DNA of 62,500 nucleotides, the filler included, from Choristocarpus tenellus KU-1152 (taxonomy: Eukaryota > Protista > Phaeophyceae): assembly GCA_964200185.2 (NCBI GenBank). It is 9 parts of 9 records of this genome, joined end to end, with 100 filler letters (N's around TTAATTAATTAA, not from the genome) between each part and the next. Parts side by side here need not be neighbours in the genome. Positions count along the whole stretch, not along the records: positions 11,757 to 30,453 come from CAXNAD020000523.1; 8 more parts are not named here. One strand, given 5' to 3'. The translations under genes and the position numbers were made by a program. The notes below the pieces were generated by a model. It ran no database searches and had not been told where the DNA came from. It saw nothing but the letters and a program-made list of their open reading frames with translations. This document shows positions 13,676-27,398 of this stretch, piece by piece; position 1 is the stretch's first letter, and the number at the start of each line of letters is the position of its first letter.

Positions 13676-16600
13676 GTTCAAATTACAATGTTTGGTGGGA
13701 TATATGATACACCCTAGGGGTTTTATATTACACAGTGGGCATGTATGTGCATCGTGGTTCCACATCACATACCTCCACATCCACTTATTTGTCCCTACAT
13801 GGAATTGGTGCAGCGAAAAGAATGTCATAAGGCGCATCACCGTCCTGGGTGTGAAAGTGTGGGTACGAATTTCAGTGGAGTGAAGGCCTTATGGCAAGCC
13901 ATATTGAACAGCATGCAAATGACCAAGCACACAGACATTAGTGACGAGTTGGAGTATATCAAGGAGGGAAAAGGTTGAAATGAGACCAGTAATTATGACC
14001 TTTTCGGTGTATTCAAGGTCGCCCTGACGTATCCATCACCCCTCACAGTCTATTATTGACCCTTCATTCTTTGTAAGAAAGTTAGTTATCATCACACATG
14101 GTGAATTTTCCGTCATTCTTCTCCACCCAAAGGTTTTCAGTATAAGCTCCACCACCTACACAAGATGCTTCATCTGCACTCCCATGAGTGGATATCCGAG
14201 CTTTAGAAGGTAGTAGAGGTCATGAACGGGCTTGGAGAAGATGGTGAAAGTCAAGTGTCCACATGTGAGGATATGATTAATCGACTCAATTGGGATGGGC
14301 ATGAATGTAACAGACGCAGGCATCTCAATACCCTACCCTGGATTCCAGTACTCCCCTGAGAACGTAGATGGGTACAGCTGCACTGAACTATCCTCTAACC
14401 ATCCATGCACAACCAATAGATACACGGTCTTGTTGATCGTTCATCATAAGCCACAGAAAAGCAATACTACGCACACTGCAGGATGGCACTCAACCTCGAT
14501 GTGCACGTGTGGCCATGAAAGAGTAGAAGGCCCGCAAAGCATGCTCCAACCTCGCTTTCAAGTCTAGGTTCACTAGTGGTGTCCTTGTACTTGTAACCTG
14601 ATCTTTACAAGATAAAGTAAATGTCCTCCCGCACTGTCTGCTAACCCGCGGTCAGATGGTGACACATCCTATCAACACCTTGTTGAGTCCAAGGTGTTTC
14701 ACCTGGAATGCTTGAGTGCAGACAAGAAACTGTTGCACATGGCAAACCCTCTGCGCCAACAGATGGTTAAGGCAAAGGGCATATGAGTACACACATCAGA
14801 CAGCATATAATTTGGCAAGAATCGATTTTCAGGTTACATTTGGAATGCTTGGTCTGGTGGTCACACAGGGCAACGTGTTACACTTTTGATCAGTAGATTA
14901 GAATGACGGATTGAAATATTCCACTCTTGACTTTCTACACCTGACTTGTCACCTTTGCAATGGCACAGTAAAACCATATTACTCTCCGAATCTAAATGAC
15001 AATATTGGATCTTCTCTCCCCACTCAGTGGACTGATGAGATCTTCAGGCAGCTTGACCACTGTAGATTCTGCTGTCTTGTGGATACGTGCCAGGGGGGTA
15101 AAAAAAGGGGTAGCAAGAAATCAATAGAGAAAGTATGTGCTTTCTTGTCTGTATCCTCCCAGGTAGGAAGGACATCAACAAGAATGATGTTGATATCAGG
15201 GAGGAGAGAGTCAGGCAGTCAACAGAGACATCACTCTGCCCCAACCTTCCCTTGCAGTTTGCCACTTGCCTCACTCGAGGATGGGCAGTATTCGTATGAA
15301 AGTACCTCATGCATAGCCACATGTGGATGGTTCATAATGGGACCCCTAGTGCTGGGGGGAAAGTCACCCTTCCTTTCTCAATGCATACAAGGTGTCTCAG
15401 CAAGGTAGAAGACTGATATGGGACAGGGGTTGATGCAGGGCACAGCATACAACAGAAGGATGTCCCACCTCTATGGGCGAGCAAAAAAGGTGTGAACTGT
15501 AGTTGACACAGCTATTATTGTTGGGAATTTGCTCTCCCTAGCAGTTGTACGGATGTATGTACTTTTGTGTACAGCAGATAGAGTGAGTCAGTCCTAACAT
15601 CATGATACCCCACTCACCAGCCACACAATTCGCACACTATGACTCAGACCACCAATCACAATTGGCTGGTGAGAGCTGAATGGAATTAAATTGTATGTCA
15701 CAAATCTTCTTGGTTCACAACTCTGCCAATTCAGTAGTTCCAACCATAGAGCAGCCCGAAGTAAGTCTTGCGACATGACCTACAGAATTCAAGCACAGTT
15801 GTGTGCTGTAAAAAGGACTACTCTTATCACATACTACAATTGTTCAGGGGGTTCCTGGGCCAAGGGGTTCCAATGACTTGCAATACAGAGCTTCCCTGAA
15901 CTTGCTTACATGGCTATATATTTCATGGAAGTTCTGAGAATTGGATTTTCTCAGATCCTGTGGGTGGTAAGGGACCCTGAAAGAGGCGGAAAAATTGAGG
16001 TTAACCTCCATTCTGCTTTACTTTCCTCGCAATACTGAGAAACATTGGTTTATTTGTCATAAGCGCGAACGGATCAGTATTCTCAGCAATTATTTCAAAA
16101 AATTCCAGATTATACCTTATTTCACCTTCCACCGGTCTTGGCCATTGCTTAATACATGCACTAATCACAGTAGCAACAACACAAGCATGCATCACATAAA
16201 ATTGCAATCTGTTTCTTCCTGCAAGTGGTTGTTTCCAAAGAATCGTTGTGTTCGTCAGAGAGAACTAAAGTCAACGCACAGAAAAATCATCTAGAGGGAG
16301 CGTTCACTTGTCATCTGTTGTTATCATTACTATATATATTCAAGAAACTGATATTTCGAGCACTTGGCGCATAAAATATATCGAATTATTCTTTGGAAGG
16401 GTAGAGAGAAAGAATTGAAGGGGTGAGGTAATCCACGAACAGGGGGAAGTGTTCTTGCCAACAAGCGATTCCCATTGTCATTCTAGTAACATCCCAATCA
16501 ACAGCCTGTTGAAAGTTCTTCACTAGTGCATTATCCGACACAGTCTCCATGTGTCTATCGGCAAACTCATCTTCCTATATAATGTACAATAGAAACATTC

Positions 16601-16814
16601 CCCTACCGAAACTCAACAGTCGACATTCTACTACCGTTCTATAGAACCAATCATAATTTGTTTCTCTCCGCTAATGGTCTCATACATACTATTCTTTCAC
16701 ACAAGAGTTCAAGCATATTCTTGACGCGCTCCCCTGCTTTGAACACCAGCGAGAAATAAGCACTACAACAAATTCACTAAAAGTTCAATCCATCCCACTA
16801 CATACTGTGCATGA

Positions 16815-17240
16815 TGCGCGAATACCTATTGAAGGACTCCTTAGACAAGCCCTCTGTGAAAAGATCAGCACATCAAAATTCTGTAGGAAATACCCCATAG
16901 CAACCCTCCCCTTCCTCTCACACCAGCAAACAAAATGTCAGTATGCTTTGTCCTAACTCCAGAATTACCGTTTGAGCGATTTTGATGCCTCCACTATCCA
17001 TGAACACATCACCAAGTAATCCTGTCAAAGCGGTTGCTTGAACGTGCACACTTACTCAAGAAACATTATCTCTTTCCCCATCTCATACAATGCAACATAC
17101 TCAGCATTAGTGTTAGATAGCATAACTGTTTTCTGCTTCCTTCACCATCAGTCAGCATACCCCCCTTCAAACATCACTAATCCACCTGAAATGGACAGTG
17201 TACTCTCCATACAATTTCGTAATATCCACCCACAATATCC
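16815..17240 (-). mobile_element. Ty1/Copia RNase H relic
   Basis: Translates to SISGGLVMFEGG...RKQKTVMLSNTNAEYVAL...RTKHTDI...ADLFTEGL with stops and frameshifts. Confidence 0.85.
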
Positions 17241-20200
17241 CCCCAACCATGTGCTGAAGCCTTGGGTAATGTTTACACACCCCTCCTTGTCCTCCACTGA
17301 TGACTGTTGGTAACTCTCACTCACAGTCCAAAGTCCCTCAGGTAGTTTGTCACTAGTAACTCTGGCTCACTATTAGTGTCTCAACCTTCCCGTTCATCAC
17401 CCTTCAGTCCTAGCAATCGGACAACCCCTGCCTGAGCACTCTGCTTCTCAGCGTCAATGTGCAACCACTAGGACTCTGCTGCAAATAAAAAGCATATCTG
17501 TGGGATGTTAGGATCTTTCGAATCCACCACTCAGCACCAATAGAATGTGAGGACTTTGCTAGCGATGCAGAGAAGAGCGACATACAAGATGAAATTATGA
17601 CCTTCAAAGAAGTTAACAAAATCACCAAGAAAAAAAGCTTTGATTTCTACTAAGTTCCTTCCCAAAATAAAGTTGACTATCTAATCCCAATTGTGTGAGC
17701 AAGAGATCTCCACCCTTTCCCATCTCTTCAGCATTTTTGTTTTTCTAAACCTTAAACCAATTATCAACATTGAGCCATGCGTCATGCAAGAAGACCAGGT
17801 GGGCCATATGCCCTTCGTCCAGGTGATTGCACTTTGGTGCAACAGCAAGAAGCACTGTAGAAAAAATGTGCTCAGACAGTGTCTGAGCAGCAGGCATGGC
17901 AAGGACTCAACAGGTAAGCTTGGCAACCTGTGGCAGCTCTGTGGTATGGTTGAGTCACCACTTGAGGGAGTCCTCTGGGAGTACTCTATAGTGCCAGTCT
18001 AAGCACAGGTGTCCATAGTCTAAGATATGCAGCTCTTCTTGTCACAGGATGTCCGCCCATTGGTTTTAGCAGTCACATGCCAATCTTCCAGCATGGGGGT
18101 CGCATTCTGAAGTTCAACTCTGATTTCTTCCAGACATGTAATGATGGCCCAATGATACAGAATCTTGATCTTGGGGTTGAAGAATCAGACAAGAGCTAGG
18201 AAGTGCTTATTTTCAACAGTCTATGGGGATGAAGAGAGGACCAACTAAAAAGGGAAGGCACTAAAATATACATGGATCGGAGTAATCACACACGAGAACA
18301 CAGACCGGCTGTTCACATGGACAACATACAACATGTTGAGCAGACTGTTCATACTTTGTACTTTTCTTGAACACAACGTGAAATGCTGAGTAAACACTTG
18401 ACTACACATGGGGTACATGTGAGTGGGAAACTCACCAAAAATGGTTTGTAGGTCATGACAATGAACGGGCACATATGGTTCCATCCAGGAAGTAAATACC
18501 TCATATTGAAGCTGTCCGTCATGACGTAAGGTGGTTTCTCATTCTCCTGACACTTTCAAAGAGCATCCTTGTGTCCTTCCAGAGCACAGCTGAGGCAATC
18601 AACAAGTTTGGTTGTCGACTTTGATGTTCCCCCTTTGATCTCAGCATAATCCCAATATTTGAGCTTGATGCAGAGGAGACAGATTTCCCACCAAGTCATT
18701 CCTGTAACTTTCCAAAAACATCGAAAAAATCCCAGCAGGGAGCTGTTACACCACTGGGCTTCATTGCCTCCCACTTCTGTAGGCGATATTCAACTGTCCC
18801 TCCATGTTGGAGACTAGTGCCAGTAGAACCTCCAGATGAAGGCTAACCCACCACCGAACGGTCTGAGACCCTATCCTACAGACCATCCTCCCTAACTTCA
18901 CCCAATGAGAACATAATCCCCTGGGCCAGAGATCTACTCCGGTTTATCTGCCACGCCCCTCCACGTGGTGCAAAATGCGAGCACCGAAGTGAGGGACGAA
19001 ATTGTAGTATACTTGTACCCGTGTGCCATTGCACGAGATACAGATAGGACATATTGGAGGTGTGTACAGGCACACACCACTAGCAGAATAACTAATTAAT
19101 CAGTCTACAATATTTGGTTATCACTTAATCGCAATTAATCTGACGGAGTCGATCACAATGGGTACCCAATTCACGGCACAATGATCTGAGGAATTTGCCT
19201 CTCACAAAACTATGTGAGCATCAAACCAATTTGAGATGAAATCCTTCATGCTTTACTGTGCTGTTGGTACACTACTCTGTGGGTGACATACACTAGCTCG
19301 TATTCAGGGAAATAATGACGCACACTAGGTAAGGACCGGAACATATTTACTTGCTAAAAGGGGCAACCACTCACCAAAGCATGGTACTTTTGAGGGTAAG
19401 CAAAGAAATGGTCTACATGGAGTAGGCCATCGCAGTACCTAACCAGCAAACATTATCTTCATTGATCTTCTCATGACTGTGATCAATTTCATTTATGCCC
19501 TCTATAGTCGCCTTAGACCCACCAAGTAAGAACTTTGATTTTGTGCTCTATTTCACATATTGAACAGCCCAAACCAGAACCAAGATCCCGAAGGAAGTGA
19601 ATTGTGGAAATTGTGGAAGCACAAACTGATCAGTCATCTGTGGCTTGTCGTTGTTTCCCACTAATCATGAAATACTCATCTACTAGCAGGACAATATTAA
19701 AATATTTGACGACATTGATGGACACTGCACTTATGTGATCAGCATAACGACTTGAAATTGATAGAGAGCTCTTGCTGTAACTTCCATCCCAAAAAACCTG
19801 CACCAGATCAATAAGAAATATGTATCACTTGCCTACACACTGGGGATACAGACAGCTTGTGCGTGTGGAGTTGTACAAATAGTATTTGGGAAGCATGCAC
19901 TCCAGATAATGAATTATTTTCGATATTAATTGCCTGAAAGGAACATGTACTTCAGGTAAATCATCACTGAAATTCACTACTCGCAAAGCATTACATCTCT
20001 CTCTTTCAATAGACCTGATATGTCAGCCCGGGACGTCTACCTGGGTGCCATGACCTTCAAATTTATTAACAGCCATGCGCAATGTACAATGTAGCCTGGG
20101 TCTTCTGTCATGATTAACAGATCCTCTGAGTTATGGGTTCAATTCCTGTCTGGTTATTGTTCTTATTTCAATTTTTCTGTGCATAAGCAGTGTTAAAATA

Positions 20201-20678
20201 TGTACGAAAAACAATTAAAAACACATCTGTAGAAGTTGGTTGTGAGGATAATTTTTTCACATTGTTGGTAGAGATCCCATCCAGCAAAGAAAGAGGGGAA
20301 AACAGGAGGATTTGCCTCAGGAGTCAAGTACCATTAATTGCCCTCCACAACATCACTCTGCCAAGAAGATGCATACCAAGACTTTCTAAAGCAGAGGATA
20401 ATTCCCCGCAGCATACAACGGAAGCACTGCAACACCTGTCAACACATGGAAAAGGTAACTTCCTCCAATCACTGAACTCTCTGAGATACGAATATGGCTT
20501 AACTTGAAATATCCAGCCAGCAAAATAATCATTCCTTACTTCTCCAAACACTGACCCCTATCAAGGCCAGTCAGAATCTATTGCCTTTCTAATATCTTGC
20601 CTTAGGTGCAGCAGCCCAAATAGGAAAGGATGTCACCACTCAAAGGGCATGCCTCCTCCCCCAACCTTATCCATCCAG

Positions 20679-23279
20679 TTAAATAACAGGGGACATATTT
20701 CCTCGCCAGTTGGCTTTCAATACCTTTCCACCAGTGACACACCGTCCAATAAGTTCCACTGCATTCTTCTTCGTCACTTGACCATACCTAAAAGGAGTCA
20801 TACACACGGTAAGTAAGGTACTGAGGTTAGACAAGGCAGAGGCATGAGGGATGAGGTGATACTCCTCACTTGCCAAAAAGGGTACCCAGACAGAGGTAGT
20901 AGACACGGGGTCCAGTCATCTGACAAAGTAGCAGCAGCTACCTGCAAATATTAAGTGAAGACTCAACTCAGTTCCGGAGGGAAGTTGCTAGGTGACCAGG
21001 TGGTGGGGAGCACCATTGCACACAGAGCAGACTGACCTACTCAACACATTACTCAACAGAAACAGTAGTGCCAAATGCAGTCAACACAACTGAGACAAGT
21101 TGAAGCTTAACAAGATCTGAAACTTGCCAAAAAAGCATTCTCAAAATGGTTGTCATTTCATGAGGTGAATATTTAAGTACAACATGTCCGGTACAGATTA
21201 ATGATCCCAAGCATCCCACTCGTGGTGCATTGCACATTGTTCTCAGAAGTATATACTCTCGAAGCGCATGCTCTTTTTCTGTTAACACGACCAGGCAACA
21301 TCAAGATATCATTTTTCAATTATCTTCTGGAGAACCTCGAGGATACGGAGTTTTTCGCAAGGTACAAAATTGGATTTTTATCCTCTCCAAATAGCATCCA
21401 TGCATTCCAACAAACTCTCTCATCAACCCATTTGGAGATGTCTGAACGACCCTGTCAAATGAAGAGACTTATTAGTGACAGAAGCTTTCCCCTCCCCATA
21501 GGCCTACCAGTCCCCCTCAGGGTAAACAATGCAGACTGCAGCAAAGCGGTGCCCTCCAATGTGTGAGCAACCTCGTAGAGTCACCTCATCTCCAGTAACA
21601 CTTCGTCTCTGCAACTCCAAAGACATAGCCTCTAGCACCTGCTCCACCGAGAGGGGAGAAAGATGAGTTGAGAAGTGACAGCAGATGACCAGACCAATAG
21701 GAGAAAGAAGAGAAATTCCAGTGAGTGCTATTGAAGCTCTTACTATCTTCAATCATGTTCTTACAACATCATAACCAATTTTATCTGCTCCTTGAGGGTG
21801 AATGCGTAGACGTAGAGTTCAAGAATGGTGTACTTACGCAAGACACCACACTCCATCCACTTTGCATCTGTACAAGCGTTAAAAACAAGAGAAGATTTCA
21901 ATACCATGTCCTTACCAAGTAATCCATTGGCCCTTCTCAGAGAGAACCACAAAATTAGTGATATCCATATATATTGCAATGCACTTGAACTTAAGTAAAG
22001 CTCATGAAATGCATAGTACACCTCATTCACAAACTCTCCCTCCTTAGCTCTGAGCTTTCAGATGTATGTGTTGACTCTTAGGCCATGGGCAACCCTACCT
22101 CACTCACCTACAAAATCCGACAAGAGTCCTTGACTGTGTGCTTCCCCTAGACTTACCTGAGGCCCAGCCCTGCCACACCGTTTGTCCCTTGATCCATGAA
22201 CACACACCAGCACCATCTTAGAGAAAGGGACAGGGCGAGGTTCCATGGCCTTGTTCACCTTGCCTTCCACAAGTTGGACCTTAACAAATTCCTCCAAGGT
22301 GTTCGACATCGGCGAAGTACCTCCCAGGGTATATATCAACCCCTGAAATGGAGGACGAGGGAGTCTGAGAGGTGGGTGTGTGTGGGAACACCCCAGGAGA
22401 TGGAGATAAGACTTCAAGGCACAAATCGCAACAAATCGAATAGATTGGCTGATGATGTATAGAAAGAGACGTTCAGTACTTTAAAAGCAGTAACGTAACT
22501 AATCCTTGAGTAAAGTTTCTTTTTTGTAATAGAGGCTTTCTAGCTACAAGATATACGGGCATGCCGTGCACCTCTGGGTAAACGATGACGTCTGTTGTGC
22601 CTGGCGGGCCACGAGAGGGTTCATCACACGCTGTTATCCGCACTCTGTCACCAGGATGCGACACCGCTGTTGTAGCACTCTTTACTTCCATCGCACCATC
22701 GCCTTCACTTTGGTTCTTGGACGCAGTAGTACCGATGATGGTGTCGTCGGTTCCAGCCTCTCTCGTGTCCTTAGCCTTCTTGGTTTTCTTTTGTTTCAAG
22801 GTGATGAGGCCAGCTGTGCGACACAGGCCATGGAGGGCGGAAGCCAAGGATGAATCTTCCGACTCAATCTGGGGAAGCCACTCTGTAGTACCACTACATA
22901 TGATAACATGTCTCTCGTAGGGCTTCATTGTCCCCTCAAGTGGACCTGGCTGGTCATCGTTACAGTCGCACCCCTCGCACCCTTTTTGGAGCTCCACAGA
23001 TGCTTCTCCAACAAGAGATCTTTCTCCCACTCCTGCACCAGCATCATTGGTATACTTCGAATTCTTTCTATCAACAGAGTTGCTGAAACGTCGAGAGTAG
23101 ATTATTGTTGCAGCACCAATAGCAGCAATGCTCACCCCAGTTAGCGCTACTGACCTGGACAAGGGCATCGTGTTCCGGAGTTGTAGCGCCGATCGCTTAC
23201 GCGGGTGATCGTGGGGTATATACAGGGGAAGGTAGCGGCTAAGCAACAGCAGCGGGGCTCGTCTGACCCCAACACCCAT
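20679..23279 (-). CDS. Sucrase/ferredoxin-like (Apd1/Aim32 family) [2Fe-2S] protein; exons 23279 (or about 23168)-22572, 22342-22157, 21638-21508, 20787-20679
   Basis: Motifs LEGTMKPYERHVIIC, VLVCVHGSRDKRCGRAGP, CSHIGGHRFA...YPEGDWYGQVT and a terminal WRG. All four exons join in frame at GT-AG sites. Confidence 0.92.
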
Positions 23280-23560
23280 GCAAACGATCTCTACTTAAGT
23301 TGAGTTGACATCAAAACGAGAGAAGGTTTTGGAGTTGGAAGAGGAACAATACAATGCACCTTGAGAGGCGTTGCTCACATACATCTTTGAACCCTTGAAG
23401 GAACCCAAAACATTTTAAGGATCATGATCATGTCAAAATGAAATCGATTTCGATCGGCTCGACGACATTTGCAAGGCGAGATATCGACCCAAGTAGGGAA
23501 AATTGATTCGCAGAACTAGTTGGTCAGCTAGAGTGGATAATAATCCATCTGTCCACATCC

Positions 23561-26500
23561 ATGGCACCACCTTCACGGGCTTCATCTCGGCAACTCATGT
23601 CCTTCACATGTACCTTCATTACATTCTTACTCCAGTCTGTGGGGGTCACGGCCTTCATACCCACTGTCGCTCCAAGCATATCTCCTGCACGATCCTTCGC
23701 TTGCTCCGATATCGCGCAAGTACATACAGCAGTCATAACGCACTCGCTTCAAGGACAGTTCAAGTGCAACTCGCCTGTGCCAGTTGTCCCCGAGATTAGA
23801 CTTTGGAGTTGGCGGGGAAGGTCTGGAGGTGCTCTGAGTGTGGGCGATGACGGCATTATCGACACCACATTTGTTGAAGTTGATGAAGGACGCCCCGAAA
23901 GACAGGGTGGTGGAAAAGAAAACACCGACTTTGAGCGTCAGGAGCTACGGGCGATTTTTGAGACGATGGACAACAACAACATCTTTTACAGGGCGTTGGC
24001 ACCAGAGCAGACTGTGAGATATCATTTATTGACTATGATTCTAACTTTGACTCGTGACTTGAGTCTCAAAACAGAATATGTACTTGAGACGACCATGCAT
24101 CGTACGCTCCTCCTTGAACCCTCGTTTTTTCTCTCTCCAAAGCCTCCGAGAAGCCACAAAAGTGTCCTATACAACATGATATGATACACCGCCTGGCGAC
24201 TTTTCAATACCGCAAAGACCTCATACTTTGAGCACTTTCCTTTCAGCGCGGGGTGCTAGCGAATGGTATCATTTCCAGGCAAATCCCTGCAGTAAGTTAA
24301 CGACTCAAATTGGCGAAGTTTTATATTTGCAAAAGTGTAAGGCTCTTTCTGTTCATCTGGCCGTCACTTCTTAAGTGAAAAAAGTACTTTTATTCTGCCC
24401 CACGCTATTCCTGTGTTCTTCACACTCAAGTTCCTGTAGACAGGATTGAATCAAAATTTACTGAAAGTGTTGGAAATATCAGAGCGCATAAATCATTTCA
24501 TCTAGGGGTGGAGGTCTGTTTAACCCTCCCCCAACTGAATCCTCCCCCAAAGTACGCTGTGGAAGTTGAAGCTCACTTATGTTGCTTGCGCCCGTCTACT
24601 GCCACTGCCCTTTGACCCATTCAGGCAGAAATAATGGAACTAACTCAAAACTTGCTGAAGTCTGGTTCCCCAATGGATGTGTCAAAGGTGAATGAGTCAA
24701 CGGCTACTGAAGTGTTCAGATTTCAGAACAGGCTGGAAAAATGTGTACATATGTTTGTCTGACATGGTTTCAGCCTGCACCTTAAGATGCAAGATTTGTT
24801 TTTGTTGATTTTCCTGTGCAACCCCACTTTGCAGATTCCCGCCAACAGGATAGTAGAGTTGTGATATTCATAAGATAGCAAGGATGATGATCCTGAACAG
24901 TGCTAGGTCTCTTGAGTGCTCGGAGGTACATTGAAGTCTATGTGACTTATCCCTTGCATGTTGGGGTGTAGTAGGCCATTGCTACCCCACCCTGCCACAC
25001 ACACCTCAACCTAAGGTACTATCTCTTCAACCTCTGTGCTGATGTCTGTACATATGTTCAATGCCTTGTCGATTGTCACAATGTGACAGCTTTATCTTGG
25101 GGATGCCATGAAGGGAAAATGGAAGCTAGAGTTCTCCACTGAAGCTCGCTACAATGTCAGTGCCCCTCCCTTCCCTCTCTACCCCTGCTTGCCGTCACAA
25201 CTACCCCGCTCTGCTTGTTACAAGTCTGACTGTTTTGGACTGGTGTATCATGCAGTGGTTGGTTAATGTGTTCATTTTTTGTCTTCAGCAACTGTCCATG
25301 GTGTTTGGAGCTGATTGGCCTACGCCGTTACCCTTACAGCATTTGAAATGGTTGGCCTTGGATTCAGAGAGTTTAAGTTGTGGCGACCCTCAGCAAAACG
25401 TGTACATGTTGATTTCCCCCCCTCTCACTGTCTAGCAAACTTCAATGGATACCTAAAGGATGGGATTTTAGAAGCTTCGTTCTTGCGGCTATTTTAATGG
25501 ATCTTTGCTTATCTTTTAGTGATAGATCCATCTCCGGGTTTTGGCAGCTTCATTGGGAGACAAACGAGTGGGGGTGGGAATGGTTTTCCTTTTTTTTACC
25601 ATTCTTGGGATAGTGGGTTGTGATTTATGAAATACAGGCCTTCCGTCCAAGTACAAACGACTGACTCTTCTTAGGATGAGCTTGATTACAGACGACTACT
25701 GGCCTGTGCTGGGCATAGTAGTAGCATATTATGTTTTTTTATATCATTTTTGGAACTAGGGAAGGTGGCACCAACGGTTACAAAATGTTTTTTTGTGGGA
25801 TGCATCCACTTGCCACGGCATCCTAACCCTTCCCCCTTACCCTCGTGCTGTCTTATCTAAACATGTGATACTTGGAAGGAAGATACAATATCCACGCCAT
25901 CATAACAATACCAACACCTCAACCCCCCCCCGCCCCCCTGGTCTTTGCTACGGGAATCAACCTTGTCTTGATTAACACTCTCTGCTATTCGTGTGATGCG
26001 CTCCCACCATGGGAATGGGGGGTGTGGGGGCATGTGCAGCTCCTGCCTCCGGTGGTGGACATCTACAACTACATCTTTGATGGGGGAGGAAGCGGCAGGT
26101 TGGACAACCTCCTCACATTCTACAAGTCATGGATCTTGAAGGGGGTCCGAGCAGAGGCCAAGTTCAATGTGAGTCTGCTTTTCCCAACATCAGTTACAGT
26201 AATTGTCGTGCTATGTAAAAAGCGTCTTCTTTTTTTGCCCCTCCAGTGAGAATTTAAGTGTTCCAAAACAAGAGGCGCTCTTCAATTTTCTGGTTTTCCG
26301 CGACCATTCGCCCCAGTGGAACGGCGTTATCTCAATGTTTGATTATACCAAAGGTTGTGGGATCGAATCCTGGCTGGACCGCTTTCCTGGCTCCCTGTTG
26401 TGGTGGTAAGAATTGTATATACTGAGAAGGGGAGGATCTGGGGTTCGGGCTCAACGGGGAGAGTTTGTGATTAGCAGGGGTGGTGACTTGTGGATTGTGC

Positions 26501-27398
26501 TAGGAAGGTTCCCAGCCTCTGATTTTGTCCAACGGCTTTTTATCCGCTCCAGAAAGGTACACCCTTCTACTTCCCAAGTTTGTTTTACTTTTGTTCTGTG
26601 TTTGTAGGCGTGGAATAGGGCCCTTTGAGATATGTTCCCTGTTGAGAGCCGTTTTCGAACTCAACAACATGAAGTTGGTGGTGAAGCCTGCGTTAGGAAG
26701 GTGAGTTGATTGTTTTGCGCATCTTGACTGGACCCCTTTCTCGTCCATTGTCTCTTGATCCCTTGCTCCTTGTCCTGACACATCCCTCAATTCTGTCCTG
26801 TACCGCTCCACACAACTGCAGATGGATAGCACAGGAAAGATCAGATTCGAGTTCGAAAAAGTCTATGCAGACTTGCTTGGTTTCAAGCTGCCTCTTCCTA
26901 GGGGTGCTGGCGAAAGTGGAAACTATGTGGAGATCCAGGTCAGTCCTTGGGAGGATGTTCTATAAATTTTACCTTGTGCACGTATATACATACTGTCCAT
27001 GACAGTTAGGATTGGGGTCGCCTTAAGATGGCACCATTCATTTTTCATGTTTTGTTTGTGTGGCAGGCACTGTGTCTAGTTTTTTTTTAATCAAAATCAG
27101 TAAGTTAAGATATCACAGCACAGAAGCTTATGACAATGACATATTTCGACTAAAATATATATACATATATATATGCATTAGTGACAAGTGTTAAAGAAAA
27201 ACTTGTTATTTTATCACTTACGGATATACACAATCAAGTGGGTGGGGTGAGGGGGTCATTTTAGTGTGTAAAAATATGTCCTACTGTCGTGAAAATATCC
27301 GTTCTCCTTCAGTACTTCGATGGAGACCTGTGGATAGAAGTGTTTGAAGACGCTAACTTGGACGGCACCGATCAGCAGACCTCGATCAACGTATACAG
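23561..27398 (+). CDS. Plastid lipid-associated protein/fibrillin-like protein; exons about 23561-24013, 24625-24687, 25090-25155, 26040-26168, 27314-27398; model incomplete
   Basis: Signal peptide then VTA-FIP (ASAFAP-like). KGKWKLEFSTE and YFDGDLWIE match the N- and C-terminal motifs of the PAP_fibrillin barrel. One internal exon and the stop codon were not located. Confidence 0.72.
26303..26382 (+). mobile_element. tRNA-derived SINE-like relic (similar relics at about 20090-20160 on + and 49775-49840 on -)
   Basis: B-box-like GGGATCGAATCC with tRNA-like spacing, but no complete cloverleaf. Confidence 0.4.

Noticed and set aside
26303-26382. Functional tRNA gene
   Set aside because: Only a B-box-like motif; the stems do not pair into a cloverleaf.
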